From a virus (lineage: Duplodnaviria; Heunggongvirae; Uroviricota; Caudoviricetes): a stretch of 64,000 bases of DNA. Positions 18,720 through 26,140 of this stretch are shown here, in pieces. Location: IMG/VR virus record IMGVR_UViG_3300044991_001838, positions 1-64,000 of that record, one strand, 5' to 3'. The stretch's first letter is position 1, and each line of letters opens with the position of its first letter. The notes below the pieces were generated by a model, which saw only the letters and a list, made by a program, of their open reading frames with translations, was not told the DNA's origin and made no database searches. The position numbers were made by a program, and so were the translations under genes.

Positions 18720-19208
18720 ATGAAGTTAAAAACATTCTTATTGACTGGATTGTTATTGTTAGGAACATTAACAATCAAAGCACAAGAGAAGCAATTACAA
18801 AGTGAAACAACTATTGAAAATAGTATCACAAGACAAAATTTGTATGAGCAGATAATTAATCACGGAATTAAATTTCCTGATGTGGTATTCGCACAAGCGG
18901 TATTAGAATCAGGTCAATTTACTTCCAAATTGTTCAAATCAGCGAACAATCTATTTGGTATGAGAATACCAAAAAAACGAGAGTCATCCGCAAACGGTCA
19001 AACCAAAAGTGGGTATTCAAGTTATGAAGATTGGGTGTTTAGTGTGTATGATTACTCCTTATGGCAGAATTATATGTTAAAAAACAAGAATGATTTGACA
19101 AAAAAAGAGTACCTTGCGTTACTTGGTAAAATATACGCACAAGACAAAAGATATGTCAGTAGTTTAAAACGAGTAATCGAAGAACATAAGGACATATTAG
19201 TTAACTAA
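18720..19208 (+). CDS. secreted N-acetylglucosaminidase (FlgJ/GH73-like) peptidoglycan hydrolase
   Basis: Signal peptide; AQAVLESGQFTSKLFKSANNLFGM glucosaminidase domain motif. Confidence 0.6.
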   Translation: MKLKTFLLTGLLLLGTLTIKAQEKQLQSETTIENSITRQNLYEQIINHGIKFPDVVFAQAVLESGQFTSKLFKSANNLFGMRIPKKRESSANGQTKSGYSSYEDWVFSVYDYSLWQNYMLKNKNDLTKKEYLALLGKIYAQDKRYVSSLKRVIEEHKDILVN

Positions 19209-19330
19209 AAAGATTGGGTTGAGACTCCCCATAAAAAACAGAAAGACAGAATACGGGAAGTCACTACCCGAGAAACACGGTTCTTTCTCATTCAATTGTT
19301 ATAGGATTGTCACCTTTGAATTGAAATTTT

Positions 19331-19403
19331 GGTCCCGTGGTTGAATGGTTACAATTCCACCCTGTCACGGTGTGAGGTACGGGTTCGAATCCCGTCGGGA
19401 CCG
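19331..19403 (+). tRNA. tRNA-Asp (GUC), CCA encoded
   Basis: Acceptor GGTCCCG/CGGGACC, D-stem GTTG/CAAT, anticodon loop CUGUCAC, T-arm ACGGG-TTCGAAT-CCCGT, followed by genomic CCA at 19404-19406. Confidence 0.75.
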
Positions 19404-19409
19404 CCAAAT

Positions 19410-19481
19410 GCAGATATCGTATAGGGGTTATTACTCCAGACTTCCAATCTGGAGACGACGGTTCGATTCCGTCTATCTGCT
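19410..19481 (+). tRNA. tRNA-Gly (UCC)
   Basis: Acceptor GCAGATA/TATCTGC, anticodon arm CCAGA-CTTCCAA-TCTGG, T-arm GACGG-TTCGATT-CCGTC. Confidence 0.8.
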
Positions 19482-19532
19482 CAAGGGGTGTGTGGGAACC
19501 CAAGAATATGTGATGAGCATATACCCACAAAC

Positions 19533-19605
19533 GCCTCCTTAGCTCAGCAGGTAGAGCGCAACATTTGTAATGTTGATGTCGTTGGTTCGATTCCGACAGG
19601 AGGCT
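19533..19605 (+). tRNA. tRNA-Thr (UGU)
   Basis: Acceptor GCCTCCT/AGGAGGC, D-arm GCTC-AGCAGGTA-GAGC, anticodon arm CAACA-TTTGTAA-TGTTG, T-arm GTTGG-TTCGATT-CCGAC. Confidence 0.85.
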
Positions 19606-19612
19606 CAAATAA

Positions 19613-19687
19613 GGGGTTACATGTTCCAAGGCTTGGCGAGAAACACTTGCAATGTCTCTGAGGTGAGTTCGATTCTCACTAGCTCCA
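19613..19687 (+). tRNA. tRNA-Ala (UGC)-like with non-canonical D-arm
   Basis: Acceptor GGGGTTA/TAGCTCC with G3:U70, anticodon loop CUUGCAA, T-arm GTGAG-TTCGATT-CTCAC; D region (CATGTTCCAAGGCTTGGCGAG) does not form a standard D-stem and position 8 is C. Confidence 0.45.
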
Positions 19688-19700
19688 CAAAAATAAAACT

Positions 19701-20048
19701 ATGGCACATCCAAATTTACATGCAAAATCATCCGCTAAGAAATTTGGTGGAAAACCTGAAGATTATATCCATTTACACGAATGGTTAGATGAAACCAAAT
19801 CTTGGTTTGGTGACTCACTCCACAGAATGTTTAGACATCATAGTGAAGGGATTTTTGAAATGGAAAAAAGATTTGGTACGGAATTCACCAATAGTGATGG
19901 TAAAATAGTTTACACAAGATATGTTGGTGAACAACATGTAAAAGAAGACTGTAATAACTATATCCCATCGGCCAAAGAGTGGGTTAATAACCTTTCCGAG
20001 AATAAACGACCACAATGGATGTTAAGAACATTAAAAATAGATGATTAA
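19701..20048 (+). CDS. hypothetical protein
   Basis: 115-aa ORF immediately after tRNA run. Confidence 0.5.
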   Translation: MAHPNLHAKSSAKKFGGKPEDYIHLHEWLDETKSWFGDSLHRMFRHHSEGIFEMEKRFGTEFTNSDGKIVYTRYVGEQHVKEDCNNYIPSAKEWVNNLSENKRPQWMLRTLKIDD

Positions 20049-20064
20049 AGGATATTTATAGTTT

Positions 20065-20781
20065 ATGAAAGGAATTTTAACACCAGAAGAAAAAAAATAT
20101 TTACGAAGAGTTACCAATTATCTTAATTCATTAGGGATGTATGATGGTAATATTGAGTTTGATATTGATAGTTATTCAGTATTTGACCCCAACGATATTG
20201 ATTGGGATGAAATAACCCATTTTTCAAACAATTATAGAGCGGATATCCCATCAGGATTAATTCCAATACTTCAAAAGATTGTTAACTATGTTGATAATCA
20301 AAACAATTTTGAGCACCTTGATATGGATATGATTAATTACCAAAGAGTTGAGTTTGATATTGATGTAAAAGATAAAAAAATCGTGTTTAGTAAATGGTGG
20401 TCTTTTTATGAAAGAGGTGATGGAAGTTCGATTGAGTTCGATTCTGATGAAGACATTGAAAAATTTAAACGATGGGAAGGAAACGAGTTTTCCGATGTTG
20501 AAATACCAAATGATGGTATTTTAACCGTAACATATAATGGGTCTGGAGATTCAGGATATTTGGAAGATAGATTTGACCAAAATGGTAGTGCGGTACCTGC
20601 GGGAATTGAAGATTGGTGTTACACTCAACTTTCAACAAATTTTGGTGGTTGGGAAAACAATGAAGGGTCTGATGGTCAATTTATATTTGACTTTAATAAT
20701 AAAATTGTTACATTAGACCATACTGACAATATTGAATCAAACGATAGTAATACTTTATATGAAGAAAGTTTTACAGAATAA
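20065..20781 (+). CDS. hypothetical acidic protein
   Basis: 238-aa ORF. Confidence 0.5.
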   Translation: MKGILTPEEKKYLRRVTNYLNSLGMYDGNIEFDIDSYSVFDPNDIDWDEITHFSNNYRADIPSGLIPILQKIVNYVDNQNNFEHLDMDMINYQRVEFDIDVKDKKIVFSKWWSFYERGDGSSIEFDSDEDIEKFKRWEGNEFSDVEIPNDGILTVTYNGSGDSGYLEDRFDQNGSAVPAGIEDWCYTQLSTNFGGWENNEGSDGQFIFDFNNKIVTLDHTDNIESNDSNTLYEESFTE

Positions 20782-20898
20782 GATATATTTATAAAAACAA
20801 TGAGAACAATATTATTACATACATTATTACTTAATAGACAAGGTCTGTTAAGAAGACTTATGCGGTAATTTGTTCAGAGCCATTCTATTTATAGAGAC

Positions 20899-20931
20899 TT
20901 AACCCTGAACTGAAAAGTTTGGGGTTTTTTT
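20899..20931 (+). terminator. terminator-like hairpin
   Basis: AACCCTGAAC...GTTTGGGGTT with internal mismatches then T7. Confidence 0.45.
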
Positions 20932-20953
20932 ATGGTTATATCAAAGATTTTAC

Positions 20954-20961
20954 TATCTTTG
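20954..20961 (+). promoter_or_regulatory. Bacteroidetes -7 element TATCTTTG upstream of tRNA-Leu(UAA)
   Basis: TAnnTTTG 11 nt before tRNA 5' end; same decamer recurs at 22447, 26827, 32926. Confidence 0.4.
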
Positions 20962-20971
20962 TAGAAGAAAT

Positions 20972-21052
20972 ATCGAGGTGGTGAAATGGTAGACACGAGG
21001 GGCTTAAGACTCCTTGCCATAAGGCGTGAGGGTTCGACTCCCTCTCTCGATA
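20972..21052 (+). tRNA. tRNA-Leu (UAA), class II
   Basis: Acceptor ATCGAGG/TCTCGAT, disc A, 3-bp D-stem, anticodon arm AGGGG-CTTAAGA-CTCCT, 12-nt variable arm, T-arm GAGGG-TTCGACT-CCCTC. Confidence 0.7.
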
Positions 21053-21120
21053 CAAAATTTAAAATTATGAAAAAGGTATTTGATAATCTTTGAGGTCTGC
21101 TAAACAACAGACTCAAGATT

Positions 21121-21309
21121 ATGAGTGTGAATACAAACAGAATGAAATTGAAGAAGGCAACTTGTTCAAAAGATTACAGATTGATTTGGTTAAAGTTTGA
21201 ATACCCTTCTTATTGGGATGAGGGTGTTCATTACAGAAAAGGACAATTTTCTCACAAATACAGAGAACATAAAACTTGGAAGTATAACCGAAAAACTCAG
21301 TGGAAGTAA
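21121..21309 (+). CDS. hypothetical basic small protein
   Basis: 62-aa ORF between tRNA genes. Confidence 0.3.
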   Translation: MSVNTNRMKLKKATCSKDYRLIWLKFEYPSYWDEGVHYRKGQFSHKYREHKTWKYNRKTQWK

Positions 21310-21417
21310 AATGTGTTGTTCCTGTGAGATAGGAATGAAATAGTCGGGTGAGATTATAAATTTTGAAAAGATTTATGTCTATATTTGCACAACACGAGGA
21401 GTTCTCAACCTCAAAAT

Positions 21418-21507
21418 AGTTAGGTGGCGGAATTGGTAGACGCTTTAAGGTACTTTATCATTGCTGAAGTTTAAATATCCTCACAGGTTCGAGTCCTGTC
21501 CTGACTA
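21418..21507 (+). tRNA. Leu-type class II tRNA-like gene with aberrant, extended anticodon region
   Basis: 5' half AGTTAGG-TG-GCGGAATTGGTAGACGC and 3' half ACAGG-TTCGAGT-CCTGT-CCTGACT-A match the Leu tRNA frame (E. coli tRNA-Leu has GGTGGCGGAATTGGTAGACGC), but 39 nt between D- and T-arms give no 5-bp stem plus 7-nt loop; the region folds as TTTAA-GGT-ACTT-(11-nt loop)-AAGT-TTAAA. Confidence 0.4.
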
Positions 21508-21646
21508 CTAAATTCAATTAAAGACAAGACCCTGACATATGTTTATGGTGCGTCCCGATGTGTCTAAGCTAGAAGTACAATAGCACAAATCACATTGACA
21601 ACAGTTATCGGAGTGGAAATGGAAGTCCACAATTGAATTTTAAAAT

Positions 21647-21726
21647 AGTCGGGTGGCGGAATTGGATAGACGCGGCCCCGTTGAGGGGTTTAACCGGAAT
21701 TACAGGTTCGAGTCCTGTCCTGACTA
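21647..21726 (+). tRNA. Leu-type tRNA-like gene with 5-nt anticodon loop (probable pseudo- or non-decoding tRNA)
   Basis: Same conserved 5' and 3' halves as 21418-21507; middle GGCCCC-GTTGA-GGGGTT forms a 4-6 bp stem with 5-nt loop. Confidence 0.4.
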
Positions 21727-21944
21727 CGATTGAGATAGAGATACTCAATAGATTTGGCATCGTTACTTAAACAATGATGTAGCTGGTACTCCAAACGGTT
21801 TTACAGAGGGAGTCGTCGGAAAAACGGCAAGAGAACCATCTTGACCTCCGAGTATATGGTTGACTTTTAAGCGGTAAGACGCGATGGGTTTTGAATAGGA
21901 AAACTGTAGATATCTACACCAAAATAATCTCATTGGTGGAAAAT

Positions 21945-22018
21945 GGTTCGGTAGCTCAGCTGGATAGAGCACAAATCTTCTAAATTTGGGGTCATAGGTT
22001 CGAATCCTATCCGAATCA
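21945..22018 (+). tRNA. tRNA-Arg (UCU)
   Basis: Acceptor GGTTCGG/CCGAATC, D-arm GCTC-AGCTGGATA-GAGC, anticodon arm CAAAT-CTTCTAA-ATTTG, T-arm ATAGG-TTCGAAT-CCTAT. Confidence 0.8.
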
Positions 22019-22117
22019 CAATTATCATATCCTCAGGTACCCCTATCGCACAGGGTGGGCTAAGTAAGATGGAATTTCTGTTGGCGAGAACCAGAATGCC
22101 TGTACGATGTGATATAT

Positions 22118-22190
22118 GCCCCGATGGTGGAATGGCAGACACGCTTGTTTTAGATACAAGATTTTGAGAGTTCGAGTCTCTCTTGGGGTA
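22118..22190 (+). tRNA. tRNA with anticodon UAG (Leu, CUN) but class I architecture (5-nt variable loop)
   Basis: Acceptor GCCCCGA/TTGGGGT disc A, D-stem GTGG/ACAC, anticodon arm CTTGT-TTTAGAT-ACAAG, variable ATTTT, T-arm GAGAG-TTCGAGT-CTCTC. Confidence 0.6.
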
Positions 22191-22376
22191 CAAAAAAAAA
22201 TAATATTTGACAAATTGAAGATTTTGACTATCTTTGATATAATTATAGAAACAATGAAAACTACAATACAACATATGGTCTTTAGTAAACAACAAATAGT
22301 TTGTTGGTATGAGCGTATGCTGCTATGTAGTTCGGATGTAATCGTAGGATAATAATATAAATTTATATCATATCAG

Positions 22377-22412
22377 ACCCCGAACTTTTAATTAAGGTTC
22401 GGGGTTTTTTTA
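22377..22412 (+). terminator. rho-independent terminator
   Basis: GACCCCGAAC-loop-GTTCGGGG then T7. Confidence 0.7.
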
Positions 22413-22446
22413 TTCTATAATCTTTTGCTCTTTGAAATATTGATTG

Positions 22447-22454
22447 TATCTTTG
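22447..22454 (+). promoter_or_regulatory. Bacteroidetes -7 element TATCTTTG upstream of tRNA-Glu/Val/Phe run
   Basis: TAnnTTTG 16 nt before tRNA-Glu; follows terminator 22377-22412. Confidence 0.4.
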
Positions 22455-22470
22455 TAAAAGATTTATTTAT

Positions 22471-22542
22471 GGCCCTGTCGACTATCGGTTAGGTCGCCAG
22501 GTTTTCATCCTGGAAAGTCGGGTTCGACTCCCGGCAGGGCTA
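22471..22542 (+). tRNA. tRNA-Glu (UUC)
   Basis: Acceptor GGCCCTG/CAGGGCT, D-stem GACT/GGTC, anticodon arm CCAGG-TTTTCAT-CCTGG, T-arm TCGGG-TTCGACT-CCCGG. Confidence 0.75.
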
Positions 22543-22548
22543 CAATAC

Positions 22549-22620
22549 AGTTCCTTAGCTCAGTGGAAGAGTTCTTGCCTTACATGCAAGCAGTCGTAGG
22601 TTCGAATCCTACAGGAACTA
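22549..22620 (+). tRNA. tRNA-Val (UAC)
   Basis: Acceptor AGTTCCT/AGGAACT, anticodon arm CTTGC-CTTACAT-GCAAG, T-arm GTAGG-TTCGAAT-CCTAC. Confidence 0.75.
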
Positions 22621-22766
22621 CTAAGATAATGGTTCTAACCATTCAATGGAATGTCGACAATTCCGAATGGAGCAATAGTTCATCACCCTTTCTGCCGAGG
22701 CCTCATAAAACTCAGGAAAGCAGTTAAGATTGGAGCGAGACGGGTACTCCATCATTATCTTTATTT

Positions 22767-22839
22767 GGTAACGTAGCTCAGTCGGTAGAGCACTTGTTTG
22801 AAGAACAAGGTGTCGTCAGTTCGATTCTGACCGTTACCA
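22767..22839 (+). tRNA. tRNA-Phe (GAA)
   Basis: Acceptor GGTAACG/CGTTACC, D-arm GCTC-AGTCGGTA-GAGC, anticodon arm CTTGT-TTGAAGA-ACAAG, T-arm GTCAG-TTCGATT-CTGAC. Confidence 0.85.
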
Positions 22840-23243
22840 CGGAGTCCCGAATTAACGGGAAACCCCCACTCCCATATGGCAGCCAGTCCATTAACCTGGT
22901 GAAGTGGGGTTGTTAGTCGACTGTGTAATGAGGGAAGGTCCCAAACCCCCAAGACCAATAGTCACAGACACTTGTGTTGACTATGGAGTTGTAAGGTTGC
23001 CTTGTGCGGGTTCGAGTCCCGTGTCGACTACACGAGTCGAGTAGTATACGACTAGTTTGCTCCCGAACGATGAGAAGTGGTTTTACAACCATGGGGACCT
23101 GAGCCGATTACTTGAGTCTAAGTCGGTTGGTTAGTGTACCATTAACAGGAGTAAGTTAACACACAAGTTCTAACCCCTCACGTAAGTGGGTTGCCGCTGA
23201 AATTCGGTATTGGGGACAGTCAGAAATGATTGAACGAAAAAAA
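22840..23243 (+). ncRNA. candidate structured stable RNA(s) within tRNA island (tRNA-like 3' terminus)
   Basis: About 400 nt without ORFs, markedly more GC-rich than flanks; ends with T-arm GCGGG-TTCGAGT-CCCGT plus acceptor GTCGACT-A whose complement AGTCGAC lies about 110 nt upstream; multiple local hairpins. Confidence 0.35.
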
Positions 23244-23317
23244 GACCTCTTAGCTCAGTTGGCTAGAGCACTTCACTTTTAATGAAGGAGTCCCGAGTTC
23301 GAGTCTCGGAGGGGTCA
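23244..23317 (+). tRNA. tRNA-Lys (UUU)
   Basis: Acceptor GACCTCT/AGGGGTC, D-arm GCTC-AGTTGGCTA-GAGC, anticodon arm CTTCA-CTTTTAA-TGAAG, T-arm CCGAG-TTCGAGT-CTCGG. Confidence 0.85.
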
Positions 23318-23333
23318 CAAAAAAATAGAAATT

Positions 23334-23576
23334 ATGATACCAAAAAATGAAATGGTTGAAGGTTGGTACAATGGATTTTGTAGGAACAACCACATGGCAT
23401 ATTGGGACGGAGAAAAGTTCCAATACATCCGATATAAGTTCGGGTTCCAATTGGATACCATAGAACATTTTGAGGATGTTAAAGATAAAGGGTTTGACGG
23501 GTTTGTACCTGTTGAAAGAATTGAAAGAATTCCTATCGATAAACAATGGGAAGTTAAAAAAGAAATAGGATATTAA
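23334..23576 (+). CDS. hypothetical protein
   Basis: 80-aa ORF. Confidence 0.45.
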   Translation: MIPKNEMVEGWYNGFCRNNHMAYWDGEKFQYIRYKFGFQLDTIEHFEDVKDKGFDGFVPVERIERIPIDKQWEVKKEIGY

Positions 23577-23577
23577 A

Positions 23578-23856
23578 ATGAAAGAGATTGATTATTTCCG
23601 AAAAATATTAAAACATCAAAACCCAATTTATTATAGTGGGGTTAGAATTACCACTGAAGTTAAAAACATTTATGGGGAACCTGGAATTAATAACATTGTT
23701 GTTGGAAAATTGAGAAAAATTATAATCCAATTTCCTGGAAATTCAGGTAATCTTTATTCCAACATTAGTTCTTATATTAGGTTTGTTTGGGGAACTAATG
23801 ATGTAATTGCGGAATTTGATTTTGATGGAACTAATTATTTCAAATTTACAGTATAA
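23578..23856 (+). CDS. hypothetical protein
   Basis: 92-aa ORF. Confidence 0.45.
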   Translation: MKEIDYFRKILKHQNPIYYSGVRITTEVKNIYGEPGINNIVVGKLRKIIIQFPGNSGNLYSNISSYIRFVWGTNDVIAEFDFDGTNYFKFTV

Positions 23857-23870
23857 AAAAATAAAAAGAT

Positions 23871-24470
23871 ATGATAGATAATTTAGAGATAATAAAACCG
23901 TTGTTAAACTTTGAAGAAAAGGGTGATTTCTATATGTTGTATGTGTTTAAACGTAAGAAAGACCAACCTGAAAATGAAAGAGATAATCATCAATCGGTTA
24001 GAACAATTAAAACATATTGTATTGATTCAATTGACCATTTGGAAAGAAGGTACGATGAGGTAAAACAACTTTGTGAAATGTTTAAAGCAAGAGCTTATAT
24101 TCATATTCAAAAACAAAATCATAAAGATGTTTCTTTGGATATGTTGTCAAATTTGGCGGAAAGAATTAAGAATGGGGTTCAAAACCAAAAAGGGTTATTT
24201 GATTCAGTTGTTGGTCAAATAAAGACTAAAGAAAAAAGATGGATTGTTGATATTGATACTACTGACCCTGATTTTTTATATGAAGTCGCCGATTTTATTA
24301 AAGACCTTAGACCAATTGGATTTAAGGTTGAAAAAGTAATACCTACCAAAAATGGTAGACATTTAATTACATCTCGATTTGATGTCAAATCATTTAGTGA
24401 TAGATATCCTGAAATTGATATCCAAAAGAAGAACCCAACATTATTATATTACCCAAATAGTTTAGATTAA
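23871..24470 (+). CDS. hypothetical protein
   Basis: 199-aa ORF. Confidence 0.5.
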   Translation: MIDNLEIIKPLLNFEEKGDFYMLYVFKRKKDQPENERDNHQSVRTIKTYCIDSIDHLERRYDEVKQLCEMFKARAYIHIQKQNHKDVSLDMLSNLAERIKNGVQNQKGLFDSVVGQIKTKEKRWIVDIDTTDPDFLYEVADFIKDLRPIGFKVEKVIPTKNGRHLITSRFDVKSFSDRYPEIDIQKKNPTLLYYPNSLD

Positions 24471-24472
24471 TT

Positions 24473-24630
24473 ATGGCAACATTAGAAACACAATATAAAA
24501 ACTTTCTCTTGGAGAATCCAAATTCAAAGTTTACCTTTGACGAGTGGAAAGAATGGTTAGGAAAACAAATTGAGGAAGCCCTTAAGGATATTAAAATTAA
24601 AGAATATGGAAAAGAAATTAGGGAAAATTG
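24473..24630 (+). CDS. hypothetical small protein
   Basis: 52-aa ORF (MATLETQYKNFLLENPNSKF...) below the ORF-track cutoff, read directly from sequence. Confidence 0.3.
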
Positions 24631-24941
24631 AGTCGGTAAGTTTTGGTCTTGGTGGATATCAAGGAGCAATGTTAGGTCTTCACGTCACATTAAGTGGTGG
24701 AAGTTGGGGTGTTGGTGATTCAAGAGCCAATTGGGATTCAGAACAAATAAAATGGACGGAACACACCCAATGGTCTGAAGAAGATAGGGATGGATGGTAT
24801 TCTGAGATTATGAGATATGTTTCGACTTTACTGAAGGAAGCTAAGGTTGACTCTGTGGATAAATTAAAAGGGAAACCGGTTGAGGTTACCTTTGAAGGAA
24901 ACACATTAAAAGAATGGAGAATACTAACTGAAGTTCTTTAA
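24606..24941 (+). CDS. hypothetical Trp-rich protein
   Basis: ORF 24570..24941; start moved to MEKKLGKIE. Confidence 0.45.
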   Translation: MEKKLGKIESVSFGLGGYQGAMLGLHVTLSGGSWGVGDSRANWDSEQIKWTEHTQWSEEDRDGWYSEIMRYVSTLLKEAKVDSVDKLKGKPVEVTFEGNTLKEWRILTEVL

Positions 24942-24950
24942 ATTAGATAG

Positions 24951-25022
24951 GGTCGGTTGGCCGAGTGGCTTAGGCGGTAGTCTGCAAAACTATTCACACA
25001 GGTTCAAATCCTGTACCGACCT
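24951..25022 (+). tRNA. tRNA-Cys (GCA)
   Basis: Acceptor GGTCGGT/ACCGACC, anticodon arm GTAGT-CTGCAAA-ACTAT, T-arm ACAGG-TTCAAAT-CCTGT. Confidence 0.8.
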
Positions 25023-25028
25023 CAAAAA

Positions 25029-25073
25029 TCTTAAATTTGAGCAGTAAATACTCTTAAATTTGAGCAGTAAATA
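25029..25073 (+). repeat. perfect tandem duplication of 22-23 nt between tRNA-Cys and tRNA-Trp
   Basis: TCTTAAATTTGAGCAGTAAATA twice (25029-25050, 25052-25073). Confidence 0.8.
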
Positions 25074-25076
25074 AAT

Positions 25077-25147
25077 ACGTTTGTAGTGCAACGGTAGCAT
25101 CACGGTCTCCAACACCGTTGGTGGGGGTTCGAATCCCTCCAAGCGTG
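25077..25147 (+). tRNA. tRNA-Trp (CCA)
   Basis: Acceptor ACGTTTG/CAAGCGT, D-arm GTGC-AACGGTA-GCAT, anticodon arm ACGGT-CTCCAAC-ACCGT, T-arm GGGGG-TTCGAAT-CCCTC. Confidence 0.75.
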
Positions 25148-25449
25148 CAAAAGGTTGATTGGGGAATGATTGTACTAATAGTTCGAGAGTGAATGCCGGC
25201 TAGTACAATCGGAGTTGGGAGGTATTCACCTAAGTAACGCTAATCGTAAAAACAGATGTCCACGCAACCATCTTCTGTTTTCCTAAAAGAATTAAGACAG
25301 ACCTATAACTTACGTCAGTGGTAGTGTAGGGGTGAGGTTCGGAGTAATCAACCAAACCAAGAGACCGCCGAGGGTAAACACGGGTATGATGCCCGTCTAG
25401 TCCCCTAAGACTGAAATATCGGAGAATCCTCATTGTCTGTTTTATAATT
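25148..25449 (+). ncRNA. candidate structured stable RNA within tRNA island
   Basis: GC-rich ORF-free 300 nt; 10-bp stem GATTGTACTA/TAGTACAATC (25168-25212), hairpin ACAGATG...CATCTTCTGTTTT with U-tract, hairpin ACGGGTATGATGCCCGT. Confidence 0.35.
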
Positions 25450-25530
25450 GGGAGTGTTGAGCAATTGGTCGCTTAGCAGACTGTAAATCTGTGGTCTACG
25501 ACATTGGGGGTTCGAATCCCTCCACTCCCA
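25450..25530 (+). tRNA. tRNA-Tyr (GUA), class II
   Basis: Acceptor GGGAGTG/CACTCCC, anticodon arm GCAGA-CTGTAAA-TCTGT, 13-nt variable arm, T-arm GGGGG-TTCGAAT-CCCTC. Confidence 0.8.
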
Positions 25531-25679
25531 CAAACAAGGAAACAACCCCTGAGTTGGTAAGCGCTTATCCGGACTCAAGAGAAGTAAAGTTATCAGATGG
25601 GTGCGTAACGCCTTGGACTACTATTATTGAATGATACGAGCCTGCAAAGTTCGAAAGGAGTCAGGTAGTAGTCAATTTT

Positions 25680-25753
25680 GGACCTTTAACTCAGTCGGTT
25701 AGAGTAGCTCGCTCATAACGAGAAGGTCCCAGGTTCGAGTCCTGGATGGTCCA
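25680..25753 (+). tRNA. tRNA-Met or Ile2 (CAU), elongator-type
   Basis: Acceptor GGACCTT/ATGGTCC (one mismatch), D-arm ACTC-AGTCGGTTAGAGT, anticodon loop CUCAUAA, T-arm CCAGG-TTCGAGT-CCTGG; 1:72 paired so not initiator. Confidence 0.65.
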
Positions 25754-25759
25754 CAGTAT

Positions 25760-25830
25760 TGCCCGATGGTGTAATGGTAACACAACTGTTTTTGGTACAG
25801 TCGTTCCAAGTTCGAGTCTTGGTCGGGTAA
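25760..25830 (+). tRNA. tRNA-Gln (UUG)
   Basis: Acceptor TGCCCGA/TCGGGTA, D-stem GTGT/ACAC, anticodon arm ACTGT-TTTTGGT-ACAGT, T-arm CCAAG-TTCGAGT-CTTGG. Confidence 0.75.
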
Positions 25831-25912
25831 CTAAATAAATAAAGTATGTGGTTTTTAATTTTGTGGATTGTTTTGATGATAATTGTTAAATGGGACAATA
25901 ATCGGTAATTAG

Positions 25913-25985
25913 GGTTTTATGGTGTAACGGATTAGCACACGAATCTACGGAATTCGGAGTTTAGGTTCGAATCCTAATAGAACCT
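25913..25985 (+). tRNA. tRNA-Arg (ACG)
   Basis: Acceptor GGTTTTA/TAGAACC, D-stem GTGT/GCAC, anticodon arm CGAAT-CTACGGA-ATTCG, T-arm TTAGG-TTCGAAT-CCTAA. Confidence 0.75.
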
Positions 25986-26066
25986 CTAAACTGCGTGACT
26001 TAGAGGAAAAGAACTATCTCTCATAAGGATGGTCAATTGGGTTCGAAACCCAAACACGCAACATAT

Positions 26067-26140
26067 GGTGGCTATAGCTCAGTTGGTAGAGCGCTTGGTT
26101 GTGGTCCAAGTTGTCACGGGTTCGATTCCCGTTAGTCACC
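26067..26140 (+). tRNA. tRNA-His (GUG) with encoded G-1
   Basis: Extra 5' G pairing with discriminator C73 (His identity), acceptor GTGGCTA/TAGTCAC, anticodon arm CTTGG-TTGTGGT-CCAAG, T-arm ACGGG-TTCGATT-CCCGT. Confidence 0.85.

Noticed and set aside
21418-21726. Integrative-element att duplication at Leu tRNA
   Set aside because: Both copies retain full 5' and 3' halves and no integrase or recombinase gene is nearby; more like divergent paralogues
22471-22542. Possible opal-suppressor (UCA) tRNA
   Set aside because: Initial misregistration; correct 7-nt loop is UUUUCAU giving anticodon UUC (Glu)
22840-23243. tmRNA
   Set aside because: Only about 115 nt separates the paired acceptor strands and no tag-peptide ORF or tmRNA pseudoknot pattern is visible; kept as generic structured RNA instead
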